Below, piece by piece: positions 10,508-22,138 of a stretch of 64,000 bases of DNA. The DNA lies in the NCBI GenBank assembly GCA_023205875.1, contig CP060762.1:186001-250000 (forward strand). The letters are read 5' to 3'. The notes under the pieces are model-generated. The model searched no databases and was not told the origin of the DNA. It was given only the letters and a program-made list of their open reading frames with translations. This DNA is from Chloropicon primus (Eukaryota). Each line of letters begins with the position of its first letter. The stretch's first letter is position 1. The translations under genes and the position numbers were made by a program.

Positions 10508-10732
10508 GAGCTGCGCGCGATTGATTGGTTGCTTCGGAGGGACCGGCGAGCGGCGATGACGAAGGAGTGAGCGGAGGAGGTCCAGACAGAAGGCTGCGTC
10601 ATCTCGAGAGCTTTCCATCGCTGGGTCGGTGGAAGGATTTGACCCACGGAGTGGTCGAGGGTGTCGAATTGGAGCGACGCAGTTGTCACCGAGGCAACAA
10701 CTGAGGGGCACGAAGGGGGGAAGCAGAGGGGG
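10508..10732. repeat. 225-bp duplicated intergenic segment, copy 2
   Basis: Matches 8478-8702; ends 10 nt before the ATG at 10743. Confidence 0.95.
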
Positions 10733-10742
10733 AAGGGAGGGC

Positions 10743-11723
10743 ATGGGATTGTTCGACGACCTTCCTGAGGCTAAATCTGGGTCAAAGGGATCGGGTGATG
10801 GGCGGGTGTGTCCTGCTTCCTCCGAAGCACCACCATCTACCTTGAAAACAGAAGATGGGGAAGGGCGACACAAGAGGTCGAGGGGTGGGGAAGCACACGA
10901 GTTGGCGGGGTGTTCGCGTTCCAAGAGCGTCAGATTCGACGATGGCCCGAAGAAACCGGCCGTGAGTATAGTCCAGGCGCTGGAAAAGATCGAGAAACAC
11001 ATCAAGCGACCTGAGAAGTGCCACAAGGCGTGCAAGCTGCTGCTCACGCTCATCGAGGAGAAGCAGCTGAACAAGGACAACGCCCACAATTTCTTCCTGG
11101 CCCTTCGTGCGAGCTTGGAGGACAGACATGCATCGGCCAAGCCAGAGCTAAGGAGGATCTACCGCAAGCTGTTTCTGTCCGCGGAAGCCAATATTGGGGC
11201 CTTCAGTGACGAAGACTCGTCTTGGATTCGGGAAGCTTTTGCTCTCATCGCCATCGTGAGGAACGAGCTGTTTACGGACGACAGTTTCGTCTTCAACAAG
11301 CGGATCAATTTCGTGAAGAAGGCTTTTCTCGGCCTCGGGCAAGCAACGGTTGGGGACCAGAAGCTCGTGGAGTGGCGCATGGAGGCGCTTGTCGAGTGCC
11401 TTGAAGCCGCGGAGTCTGTCTACAAAAGTTGCTCCTGGACCAGATCGGCTACGGACTTGCTCGCTTCCGCTGCATACCAATCCATCGCCTCCCTCGACCA
11501 GCGGCAGGACCTGAAGGAGAGGTGCCTCTCGGCGTACAGGTCGATCGAGAACCTCAAAGTTGAGAGGAAAAGGTCGGGTGGACCCTCCTTTGGGGAAAAG
11601 GAGGAAGGGGAGAACACGTTTGACGCCGCGGTCGGAGACTGGAAGAGCAAGGAGGGGGTCAGCAAGAGGTCGGGTCAGGGTGGGGGCGAGTCTTGGAGAG
11701 GAACCTCAAGCACTCTTGGTTAG
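10743..11723 (+). CDS. Conserved hypothetical helical protein
   Basis: 326-aa ORF starting MGLFDDLP with normal codon bias; ALEKIEKHIK, LFTDDSFVF motifs; function not recognised. Confidence 0.7.
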   Translation: MGLFDDLPEAKSGSKGSGDGRVCPASSEAPPSTLKTEDGEGRHKRSRGGEAHELAGCSRSKSVRFDDGPKKPAVSIVQALEKIEKHIKRPEKCHKACKLLLTLIEEKQLNKDNAHNFFLALRASLEDRHASAKPELRRIYRKLFLSAEANIGAFSDEDSSWIREAFALIAIVRNELFTDDSFVFNKRINFVKKAFLGLGQATVGDQKLVEWRMEALVECLEAAESVYKSCSWTRSATDLLASAAYQSIASLDQRQDLKERCLSAYRSIENLKVERKRSGGPSFGEKEEGENTFDAAVGDWKSKEGVSKRSGQGGGESWRGTSSTLG

Positions 11724-12120
11724 GTAAATCGAATTTCCTCCCACTTGTTTAAGATAATCTATCGATCACCAGGACCGTTTTCACATTACACATTCAGTTT
11801 AGCATATTTAGAATCCTAGTGTGATCGCTCACACTCATGACGCTACCCGCAGAGCTTCGCTATAGCTAGGCTTGCTCTGCGTCTACATGCTGTACCATCA
11901 TCGTGATTCATACGATACCATCACGCAGGGGTAACCCCCATCAGGTACCTTCGATTGTAATCTGCGGCCCTCCCCCACCATCCTCCTCTCCTCCGATTGA
12001 TTTGAATCGTCAGACAGATTTTCAAGGAAAGGAAAGGAGCGGAGCAAGACGACCGGAGCGCGGCGGGGAGGACACGAAGACGAGGACGAGGACCGAGGCG
12101 AAGACGAGGACGAGGACATC

Positions 12121-13103
12121 ATGGCGCACCAACTCATCCAGCAGCAGCTGGAGTCCAACCTTCTCAACATCGCCAACACCATCGAGCAAAGTTTGGACGA
12201 TGAGATGCACAGGTACGTCGTCGTGAGATGAAACCTTCAAACGAGGGGGAGAGAGGAGCTGGCGCAACAAGGCGAGCGTCGGAGTGAGCTGCTCAGGGTG
12301 TCGTCTCGCGTGTGGGTTTTCTTTTCCCTTGTCTTCGTTCGTCATGGTTTGTTTTTCTTTTCCTGATGGTCTTTGCTTTGGATCTGCTTGTGCTTGTGCT
12401 TAGGCTTGATAATATGGGGGAGGAGGACTTGGACCGCTTGCGCGAGCAGAGACTGTTGGCCTTGAAGAAGCAGCAGAAGAAGCGCCAGGAGTGGATCAGG
12501 AAGGGCCACGGAGAGTATCGCGAAGTGGAGGAGAAGGAGTTCTTCAACGAGATGAAGGTGAGTCATCCAAACGTTTTGAACTGGAAGGCACTGGAGCCGG
12601 GGCACTTGCTTACTTGCCGCACTGCTCTGCGCTGCTCTTTGCGCCCTCTTTGGCCTTTCTTCCTCTCGAAACAAAAAATGAAATAACAGGGAGAAGATCG
12701 CATGGTGTGCCACTTTTACCGCAACAACTGGCCCTGCGAAGTGATGGACAAGCACCTGAAGATCTTGAGCACGAAGCACTTGGAGACGAAGTTTGTGAAG
12801 CTGAACGCGGAGAAGGCCCCCTTCCTCACCGACAGGCTGAAGATCTGGATGCTTCCCACCCTGGCCCTGATCAAGAACGAGAAGACGACTGACTATGTGG
12901 TTGGATTCGACGAGTTGGGCGGTGTGGACGACTTCCAGACAGAGACTCTGGCGATGAGGCTAGTGGCCGGAGGCATCATCTTTGAAAGTGACGACTATAA
13001 GCCACAGGCGGCGTCCGAAGGGCCAGCCAGGTCCATCAGGTCGGCGACCGACTTTAGGAACTACAAGAAGACCGAAAGTGATGAGGACAGTGATTTTGAC
13101 TAG
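12121..13103 (+). CDS. Phosducin-like thioredoxin domain protein (TXNDC9/PLP3); exons 12121-12212, 12404-12557, 12690-13103
   Basis: LREQRL..LK, GHGEYREV, VCHFY, CEVMDKHL, AEKAPFL, LPTL, VVGFDELGG; splice phases consistent. Confidence 0.92.
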
Positions 13104-13181
13104 GCGTCATCAATGTAATTTTATTTTCATGGCTACATTTCGTATCGCGTGGGGCCTTTCCTTGGCCTTCGCCCTAGGCTG

Positions 13182-14522
13182 CTACCGGCTCTCGTGCATC
13201 GACTGAGGGCCCTTCCTCTTCGTCGCCATGGCCTTCACCATCATCCGAAGCTTAGAGCTCACCTCAGATTCTAGACCCTTGGCCCGTGCCTCCAGGGCTG
13301 TTCTGTATTCCTGGTGGATCTCCCCGATGGCGGCCGCGTAGGCCGTCTCGAGGTGTTCCTCCTTCGTCTGCAACTCGCCAAGAACTTGCCTCAACATCTG
13401 AAGCTTCGAGTCTATCACGGCCCTGAACTCCCGAATCTCCCCAACCTTTCTCTCCTTCTCCTCCATGAAATTCCTTATCTTGCCCTCCAAGGACCTCGAC
13501 AGCTCCCTCTCGTAGTCCTCGAGCTTCTCTTTGGCTTGCCGCTTCAAAGCCTTCTGACTCGCCACAAGCTCGAGCTGCATCTTGCTCTCTTCGACCTTCT
13601 GAAGCTCCCTCCTCAATAGCATGGACTTCTTCTCCAGCTCCTCTTCTTCCCTCCTGTAGTACGCGGCGCCAGAATCTTCCACATCGATGCCGCCGTTGCC
13701 AATCCTGTTCAGTGGCAGCGACCCAAGAGGGTGGGAAGGCGGCGCTGAGCTGGGCTGAGGGGCGTCCAACTCATCCCCGTCCGTCAATGCTCTGTCGAAG
13801 ACGGCTCTGATGTCCGCGGCAAAACTAGAGTAGAGGTCCTCCGATGTCTGAGGAGCATCGTTCCACAGTCTCCCTTGAGAGAAAGGGGAAATTCTTGGGC
13901 CGACTGGATCTTCCTTGCTGCTGGATCGGGCGACCTCCGACCTGCCAGGCTTGCCCCTGGCCTGCCTCCCGCTTCGGGAGGAGTCAGAACCGTTCTCATC
14001 TCCCTGAAAACGCACTTGCTTCACCCTGCGCTTTTGCTCCTGGGCCCTTTTCCCCTTGGGATTGTCCTCCTGCTTCCTCTCCCTCCCCTTGGCACTCCTT
14101 CGCTTGCTCCTGTCCCTGTCCTTCAAGCTTTGCATGGCTTGCTGCCGCCTCTGGGAGCTCCTTGGTCTCCCGCTCGGTGGAACATCCCAAGCCCCTCCTT
14201 TCTCCAACCCGCCTTGGACATTCTCCTTTACCTGTTGTTGGAAGCCCTGCTGATGGTGTCCCCTGGGAAGTGGGTCATCCATGTCACGAGGAGCACCACT
14301 GACCCCAACACCGTTCGAGTCCCCTTCCTTCCCCTTGCCCTTGCTCAGGGAGGATATGGTGGGTTGGAGGTAAGTGGGAACACTATGAGGATGAGGTTCC
14401 AACTCCACCTTTCTGTCACATTCTTTGGTGTTCTCGGTGGGTTGACGGTAAACTTCCAGGTCACTCAAGGTCTCTGACTCGGACAGAGAGTCCCCTTCCT
14501 CTTCATAGGACACGTACCGCAT
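13182..14522 (-). CDS. Hypothetical protein with disordered N-half and C-terminal coiled coil
   Basis: ~446-aa ORF; PTYLQPTISSLSK motif; long heptad-rich C-terminus; start uncertain. Confidence 0.65.
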   Translation of the reverse strand: MRYVSYEEEGDSLSESETLSDLEVYRQPTENTKECDRKVELEPHPHSVPTYLQPTISSLSKGKGKEGDSNGVGVSGAPRDMDDPLPRGHHQQGFQQQVKENVQGGLEKGGAWDVPPSGRPRSSQRRQQAMQSLKDRDRSKRRSAKGRERKQEDNPKGKRAQEQKRRVKQVRFQGDENGSDSSRSGRQARGKPGRSEVARSSSKEDPVGPRISPFSQGRLWNDAPQTSEDLYSSFAADIRAVFDRALTDGDELDAPQPSSAPPSHPLGSLPLNRIGNGGIDVEDSGAAYYRREEEELEKKSMLLRRELQKVEESKMQLELVASQKALKRQAKEKLEDYERELSRSLEGKIRNFMEEKERKVGEIREFRAVIDSKLQMLRQVLGELQTKEEHLETAYAAAIGEIHQEYRTALEARAKGLESEVSSKLRMMVKAMATKRKGPQSMHESR

Positions 14523-14729
14523 TGGGACAGACAACAAGACTCCGCCTTGGTTCCTATCTTGGCCACTGACCTTTTTCCCGCGAAAAAGCCAGGAGCTAGA
14601 GCTTGGAAGACAGGTGGTGAGAGCAAGGTTTTAGCAAGCTCGCAGAGCGGCGACCAGGGTGGTTAGGGCACGAGGGAGAGGGAAGGGGTGGGACACCCGG
14701 GAGGGATCGTCTCTTCACCTTTTTTCAGT

Positions 14730-15052
14730 GGTCGCTCGAAGGAAGAGGCGTGACAGAGGAGAGGCTCTCGAGTCTGGCCTGGTGACGGAGGAGGAGTACG
14801 CCGAAGCCGTGCAGGAGGCCCAGCAAGTCACCGGGGAAGAAGAAGGAGATCGCGAACTACAACGAGGCGTTGAGCATCATCTTTGCGGACGCATCTCTTA
14901 TGCTGAGCGACAAGGAACAATGCATTGTGAAGAGAGAATACCTGGAAGAGGTCGGGCTCTGCAAAGCTCCGCGTCCTCCGTCGTCGAAGAGAAGACGAAG
15001 CAAGACAGCTCCATCGTCAAGGTCAAGCAGGAAGAGTGAGGAGGGAGAGTGA
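14730..15052 (+). pseudogene. Possible frameshifted gene fragment (SHOCT-like helices)
   Basis: ALESGLVTEEEYAEAVQEAQQVTG in one frame continues as KKKEIANYNEALSIIF...KREYLEEVG in the next frame across a G4 run at 14833-14836. Confidence 0.3.
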
Positions 15053-15436
15053 CTTTAGGGCAGAGCAAGCAAGCTGTATAAGCAAAATGTAGCTACAAAT
15101 GTCACCACTCTTCAGTGTCTTTGCCCTGACAAGTCTTTCCTCCTCAACATCATCCTTGCCCCGACACGAGACCGCCGCGTACGTTACAAAGCAAGGAAGC
15201 GGAATTCAACTCAATTCATTTCTTGACCCATCGAAAGCAGTGGAGAGCAAGCAAGAGTCCCTCCTTGTATCACAGTTTCTCTGGCCCCTTCCTTTCTTTC
15301 CCCTCTTGCCCTTGTCCATCATCCCTCCATCCTCCTGGTTCGCCAGGAGTCCCCTCCTGAGGATTTGGGGATGAGATCGAGAAGTTTGAAAATAAAAAAC
15401 GTGTGGAGGTTAACGCTCGGGCACGTCGCACGAGAG

Positions 15437-15785
15437 GGAAGGGAAGGTGTTTTTGTCGAGGACTTTGTGCACGGACGGGGACGGCGAAGGGGAGGAGGTG
15501 TTGAAAGAACGGAAGCGCTTCTCAAGGGCTTTCGATTGATACCTCGGCTGAAGGTTTTTGGCGCACGGAGTCCAAGGGCGAAGGGGAAAGAAACGAACGG
15601 TCGAGAGGAGAAGAACCACGATCGTTCGTTCGTGGCGAGGGAGAAAGAAAGAGGAAGGTGGAGGAAGGGCGCGAAGTCGTACTGTTCGAAAGAACATCCC
15701 AAGGGCTTTCGATCGATACCTCGGCTGAAGGTTTTGACAAAAAGAGTGGTCCCTCGCGCTCCTTTGAGGTTAGAGGATCTCAGAA
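15437..15785. repeat. Dispersed promoter-like repeat with internal duplication
   Basis: AAGGGCTTTCGATYGATACCTCGGCTGAAGGTTTT at ~15524 and ~15701; block shared with 25197-25380. Confidence 0.8.
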
Positions 15786-15877
15786 GTTTGTTTGTGAGCT
15801 CGGTTCGTGAAGAGGAAGAGGAGGGAAGTCTTTGAGGACCCCTGCTGGAGCAGTGCAGTGTTTGTGTTTGTGTGGCG

Positions 15878-16768
15878 ATGAGGCGTCCCACGAGACAAAG
15901 TGGCAGAATACGCACCAGGTCGACGACGGGGACGACAGCGGCGACGGCCGCCGACGCCGGCGGTGGTGGTGCTGACAAGGGAGGGTTACCCCCAGGTGTC
16001 ATGGCGATGGACATGGACGCAGAGTGTTTGCAGAGCTTCGTGACGGGTTCTACCACCACCACCGAAGAGGAGCGTGGCAGTGAGGAGGATATTGGTGGTG
16101 CGGGTTCGTCCTTGCAACCTGAGTCAGAGTCAGCGCAGGTGCTGATGACTATGATGAGAGACAACGCACGTCCTACCAAGACCCCCAAGAGAAAGAGTAG
16201 GCTTCGTGATATCGTCCATCGCGTTCTTCAAGATGCGGGAAGGAGTTTACGACCCAAAGAGATCCTTCGCCGGATCCAGGCCAAGAAGTTGTTTGTGTTC
16301 AAGAAGAGAGATGGCTCTGTTTCTACTGATGATGAGGCAATGCGCGCCACTGTCAGCGGTGCTTGTAGACATAGCCCCTGCATTGTTCGCACTGCGTACG
16401 GAATATATGCCGTTGCCAAGGAATCCTTGAATGGGTCCAATGCTCAAGATGTGAAAGCACCCTCACCGCTTCGGGATGCCATCTATCGCGTTCTTCAAGA
16501 TGCGGGAGGGAGCTTGCGCACCCAAGACATCTTTGCCCGTATCAAGGCCAAGAAGTTACATGTGTTCAGGCGTCGGGATGGTTCTGTTTCTACTGATATC
16601 AAGAAAATGCGAGCCAGTGTCACCGTTACTTGTTCAAAGTGCCCCCGCGTTGTTCGCATTGAACGCGGACTATATGCCATTTCCAAGGAATACTTGAATG
16701 GGTCCACCGCTGACAAGCTGAGTGAGGAGGATTCTAACGACAACAGCAACAGCTCGATCGAATCTTGA
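15878..16768 (+). CDS. Protein with two tandem winged-helix (HARE-HTH-like) repeats
   Basis: Two 89-aa repeats (267-nt offset, 16201 and 16468): LRD.I.RVLQDAG.SLR..EI..RI.AKKL...R...G.YA. Confidence 0.65.
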   Translation: MRRPTRQSGRIRTRSTTGTTAATAADAGGGGADKGGLPPGVMAMDMDAECLQSFVTGSTTTTEEERGSEEDIGGAGSSLQPESESAQVLMTMMRDNARPTKTPKRKSRLRDIVHRVLQDAGRSLRPKEILRRIQAKKLFVFKKRDGSVSTDDEAMRATVSGACRHSPCIVRTAYGIYAVAKESLNGSNAQDVKAPSPLRDAIYRVLQDAGGSLRTQDIFARIKAKKLHVFRRRDGSVSTDIKKMRASVTVTCSKCPRVVRIERGLYAISKEYLNGSTADKLSEEDSNDNSNSSIES

Positions 16769-16941
16769 ATGCTGTGAAGGCTGGGTAGAGCAGGACAAGA
16801 CAAGAAATGTGCAGGCGTTTGGTGATGAACGGAATGGGGGGGGGAGAGAGTGTTCACCGCTGGCCGAAGGAGGCCCATCGTCACTGGATTAACCAAAGTA
16901 CTAATATGTAATTTTATAGCTTGCGTTTCAAGGCGTTTCGA

Positions 16942-18681
16942 TTATTCCATCTCGGAAATTGACGACAAAGGGTTCTCCGTCAGGCTGTAAGATGGTTTGC
17001 TCTCCTTGCTTGGAGTGTTGCTGTTGTACGATCCTAGTTTGGACCAAAGGTTTGTGGACTCGGTTGCCTCTGTACCGCCATCATTTGACCCTGAGATCGA
17101 AAGAGAAAGGGAAGAAGGCAAGGTAGAGAGGGAGATGGACTTCCTGTATCTCTCGGGGAATTCTCCAGTCTTCTCGTACTCAGTCAGGACCCTCTTCCTC
17201 TCGACCAGCTCTGCTTTCTCGACAATGACGAAGTGCTGCCGCATGTCGATCACCACAAAGATGGTGGAGATCATAGTGAAGGGAAAGATGGTCCAGTACG
17301 TCTCCATGTCATTGATGGGAAGGAAAAGCGGAATCATTGAAGTCGCAATGGCGATCAGAATTCTCACCAAGTACGATATCAGACGCTTTCGCTTCCCCTT
17401 GAAGCCTTGCCTCAGAAACCTCATCGCGGTGAAGAAAGTGAGAATGGATCCAACAGATATGCTCAGCATCCAAGTCGTAGCCAAGCTAGTCTTCTCGTTG
17501 TTGAACATGTACTTCATGGAGATACCAACCAGAAGCATGAAGAAGGTCATGGGCAGGTGGAAGAGTGTCCACACAACCGCCAGCTTGTTGTTGTGAGGTG
17601 GGAGTGAAGATGCGCCCCTCTCTGCGTCCCCTGACTTGTGCACGAGCGAGGGCAGCTTGTCGAAATGAATCACTGCAAGGTTGAAGACCAGGGCACCGGA
17701 CAAGCCAGCAATCGCGTATCGGTGAAGAGAGCTCTCCGACAGCTTCTCCAGATCTGGCAGAAGAAGCTGGATCACGCTCTCTCCCAAGACAACCATTGTG
17801 AAGCAGCCCAACCTCTCCGCGTTGTGGTGCTCGACGTCGTGATTGACTTGCTCGTACTTGATGCGGGACACGACGTCGCAAACGAGCTCCAGGGCGATGG
17901 AGATGGTCCACAAGTAAAAGATTTGGTTGTGGTCGTCAAGACCCAAGCAAACGATGTGGCACAAAGTGGAGAGCACCAAACCAATCATGCTAAACCTGAC
18001 TTCCCGAAGCTTCTTTCTGTTTTTGTGCACAATGTACGCGTACATAGCGAAGATGGTCGTCTTCGACATGAGTATTCCAATCGACACAGCTTTCGCTTCG
18101 ACGATCTCCTTCTTCAGGTACTTCAAGCTAATCAGGTTGATGCAAATCTGTTCCGAGAGGGAGGGGAGAGGGGGAGGTGTCACCAAGTCAGCGCTCTGCC
18201 CGACGGCCATCGAAAATTCGAAGCACTTACCTGGGAGACTGCGGCGCACTGCGTAAACAGAAGAAAGATGTGTGCCAGGTTGTTCTTGTGATGCTTGCTC
18301 AGATACCGTTGGAGCTGGTACCACATCGTCCAGAACAGCGAGAATATCAAGCAGCAGTACATGATTTGGTCCATCTCTGCTTTCTTGGTAACGGCTCCCA
18401 GCTTAATCATTCCAGCAACGAAGAGGAGGTCGTAGAAGAGCTCAAGCCAAGCCTAGGAAACCGAGAACCACGCGCAAGGGAAACGAGAAAGAGTTAGCTC
18501 AGGCCCCACCACCACCTCGGGTCCCGCGCACGCTCACCGCAATGGCACCAAGCCCGCAGGACCCCTCCCACGTGCACGCCAAGCTGCTCTCAGCTTCACA
18601 AACCACAGTACTCACCTCCTCTCGCAGCCCCTCCTCCTCCAATTTGACCGCCTGCAGGTCATCCAGAGATATCGCAGGCAT
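16942..18681 (-). CDS. LtrA (low temperature requirement A)-family membrane protein; exons 18681-18538, 18452-18231, 18147-16942
   Basis: WLELFYDLLFVA and HNAERLGCFTMVVLGES motifs; many TM segments; phase-0 GT-AG introns restore the frame. Confidence 0.85.
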
Positions 18682-19367
18682 CGCGAGTCACGCACGGGCG
18701 GGCCAACTATCGAACGAACAATCTGCCTCGGCACACTTCCTCCCTTGGTCTCGCCCCCCCTTCGCCTTGGCCTTAACTTGCCACTCGCTGCCACTCTTAT
18801 CTTGTCCTCCACAGGGTGTGTGACGCCCTAGTCCCTCCAAGGGCAACGAAGGCAAAGGGAGAGGACCCGAAAAATAGGCCTTTGACGAGACTCTCCCGGT
18901 CCTGACACCTTCCCCTCGCGCTTTCTCCAACCCCTCGGGACCCAAACCTCTCCCTCTCCAGCCTCTGGTTGGCCACCTTGGGCCTCTCCTGGTTGACCTA
19001 TATCATACACCATTCATTCGACTTCATACACCATTCATTCGACCTGACAACGTGGAGAGGCGGCGATCAGAAATATCTCAAGGCGAAGGCGAAGAGAGCG
19101 AGAGAGGTGAGTTCGTGCGTTGTTGGAGGGAGGGGACGAGGGAGGGGAGGAGGAGGAATGGCACAGGGGCGATCCTCGTGTTTTTATCTTTCGAACGACC
19201 CCTCCATGGAAAGAAATGGTGGGGATTTGTGCATGGACTGACACCTTGTCGTGACGTTGCCTTAGGTGGTTCGAGCCCCAGTACGAGGTGAGTATGGCGA
19301 CGGAGGGTAGGCGCGGAGGGAGGAGGGAGGAGAAGGGTGGTGGTGGTTTGGATGCTTCGCTCCTCGA

Positions 19368-19379
19368 TCTTTCGAAAGA
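19368..19379. promoter_or_regulatory. Perfect 12-bp palindrome TCTTTCGAAAGA in a divergent promoter
   Basis: Identical copies at 32344-32355 and 60161-60172, all between divergent genes. Confidence 0.6.
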
Positions 19380-19530
19380 GCCTCGCTCGAAGGGAATGGC
19401 GGACCGGGGGATGATTTGCTTTTCCAAAAGGAAAAGGGCACTGACTTTTTCTCGTGGTTGTTGCGCGAATTTCACGCTGCAGACGAAGAGAGACGTTTTA
19501 GAGAGAGAGAGAGAGACGGAGACGGAGATC

Positions 19531-19673
19531 ATGTCTGCGGGACCCACGTGTACGATGTCTGTCGACAGGCAGGGCGTTGCCACAATTGTCTTGACAAACG
19601 CGCCAGTGAATGCTTTGCACCCAGACGGTAAGTTTCGTCACAACACCCAACATCTTTTTTGTGTCCAAGGGGG

Positions 19674-19716
<43 letters not shown>

Positions 19717-21911
19717 AGTGGACTGACCCGCGCGTGTTGGCGTGTTTGTGCTCCCCCCCTTCTTCTCTCTCTCTCGCAGTGCTCGCTGCGTTGCAGAGGC
19801 TCCTGGAGGAGTGCCACGGAAGGAGCGACGTCAAGTGCGTGGTGATCACCGGAAGCGGGAAGAACTTTTGTGCTGGCTTCGACATCGCTCAGTTTGCCGC
19901 CCAGTCTCCTGACAAGGTCAAGGAGAGCGTGAGCGGCGCGAGCGAGATCTTGACCAGGGTGCTGGAGGAGGGAAGCAAGCCGACCGTTGCCGCCATCCAG
20001 GGCGTCGCTCTTGGCGGAGGCTGCGAGGTCGCCGCGGCTTGCAATGCCAGGGTTGCCACGCCTGACGCCAAAATTGGCCTCCCCGAGCTCCAGCTCGGAA
20101 TCATCCCAGGTTTCGGTGGCACCCAGCGCCTCCCTCGCTTGGTGGGCCTGCAGACCGGCCTCGAGCTGATCCTCACCTCCAAGTCCGTCAAGGGCTCCAA
20201 GGCCCACTCCCTTGGACTCGTGGACGAGGTGGCCCAGACGCCTCAGCAGCTCTTGGCGGTCGCCAAGGCGGTCGCCCTCGACCTCGCGAGCGGAAAGAGG
20301 AAGAGGGTGAGGACCCTCGAGAGGGAGGACAGGCTGGAGCCAAAGGACATCGCCAAGATGATCCTTGGGATCGCCAAGGAGCAGACCAAGAAGAGGGCTC
20401 CTAACGTGATGCACCCGCTGCTTTGCATCGACGCCATCGAGGCGGGCATCCTCAAGGGAGGTAAGGCCGGTCTCGCCGCAGAGACGGCTGCTTTCAACCA
20501 AGCCGCCCAGCTGCCAGCGCACAAGGCGCTCGTGAACATCTTCTTCGCCGCGAGGGGAACCAAGAAGGTGAAGGGGGTGTCCGACGGCACGAAGCTCTCC
20601 GTCCCGAAGAGAAAGTTGCAGACGGTCGCTGTCATCGGAGGTGGCTTGATGGGCTCGGGAATTGCGACGGCCTCCTTGCAGGCGGGCATGAGCGTGGTCC
20701 TCAAGGAGATCAACCAAAAGTTCTTGGATGCCGGAATCCAGAGAATCCACAAGAACCTCGAGTCCAGAGTGAAGAAGGGAAGGCTCTCGGAGGACAAGTT
20801 CAAGCAAATGATGAGCAGGGTGAAGGGCGTCCTTACCTACTCGAAGCAGGACTTCCAGAGGGTGGATATCGTCATCGAGGCGGTCATCGAGGTTGTCGGC
20901 CTCAAGCAGCAGATCTTCAAGGACCTCGAGGAGGTTTGCAGACCAGACTGCGTCCTTTCTACCAACACCTCGACCATTGACATCACCGTGATCGCCGAGA
21001 AGATGAGAAACCCGGAGAGAATCATCGGGGCTCACTTCTTCTCCCCCGCCCACGTCATGCCCCTGCTCGAGATCGTCAGGTCCAACCTCACCCCTCCGGA
21101 CATCACCAGGGACTTGTTGAGGTACGGTTCCATGATCAAGAAGACCCCAGTGGTTGTTGGAAACTGCACCGGCTTTGCCGTGAACAGGGTCTTCTTCCCC
21201 TACACCATGGCTGCCATGCTGTTGGCGGACGCCGGGGTGGACGCCTTCAGAATCGACAAGATCGTTCAAAAGGTGTTTGGCATGCCAATGGGACCCTTCA
21301 GGCTCTCCGACCTCGTGGGCGGGGACATCGGCCAGCACGTCGGTGCCAACTTTATCCAGAGCTTCCCCGAGAGAACGTACGGAAACGCCAACGGCCCCCT
21401 TGTCCAGATGAACCAGAAGAAATGGCTCGGCGAGAAGACTGGCAGAGGGTTTTACAGGTACGACAAGGGCGAGAAGAAGAGGACGAAGATGGTGAAGGAC
21501 CTCGAGGCCATCGGCCCCGTTTTCCAGGAGAGCAGGAGGGCCGCCCAGCAGCTTGGAGTTCCCCACCTCCAGGGAGTCTCTGACAGGGACATTGTGGAGA
21601 TGATCTTCTTCCCCGTGGTCAACGAGGCTTGCAGGGTTCTGGCAGAGGGAGTTGTCGAGAAATCCAAGGACATGGACATTGCGACCGTGATGTCGATGGG
21701 CTTCCCAGCTTACAGGGGAGGCTTGGTCCACTGGGCCGACAGCGAATGCGGTGCTTCCTACATCGCGTCCAGGCTGCAGACTTTCGCGTCCATGTTCCCT
21801 CAGCAGAGCGGATTCTTCGTGCCATGCGAGTACCTCCTACACTGCGCTTACAAGGGAGTTCCTCTGTCCCAGGGACAGTCGTTCTACGTGAGCCCAATCG
21901 CTAAGCTTTAA
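19531..21911 (+). CDS. Peroxisomal multifunctional beta-oxidation protein (AIM1/MFP2-like); exons 19531-19627 and 19780-21911
   Basis: Enoyl-CoA hydratase ([34 protein letters not shown]), 3-hydroxyacyl-CoA DH ([22 protein letters not shown]), PTS1 AKL. Confidence 0.96.
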
Positions 21912-22138
21912 AGCGCGCCTTTAGACGACTATGTTTTTTGATTCAATCTTTTGTGTGTAGTACTTTCTCTCTTGCGCGCCTTGCGTTCCAGCAGCAGCAA
22001 GGGCGGCCGCTCGCCTTGGGTTTCGGAAGCCAGGAAACTTGTGTGGGATAAAGCTTAGAACAGCAACGACAATTTATTAGGATGTGCGCTTACTCGCTTG
22101 GTCGCCTCCCGCTCGTGTGCAACGCGACGCACACGAAC

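Noticed and set aside
11920..11950. Minus-strand ACCTGAT-GGGGGTTACCCCT-GCG resembling the 3' half of a TPP riboswitch
   Set aside because: No upstream CTGAGA, no closing AGG, and no thiamine-related gene adjacent
19638..21731. Long antisense ORFs (also 3029-4486, 5253-6611, 32886-34700, 44182-45465, 49595-51247, 58291-59619)
   Set aside because: Shadows of GC3-rich genes on the opposite strand with no recognisable motifs
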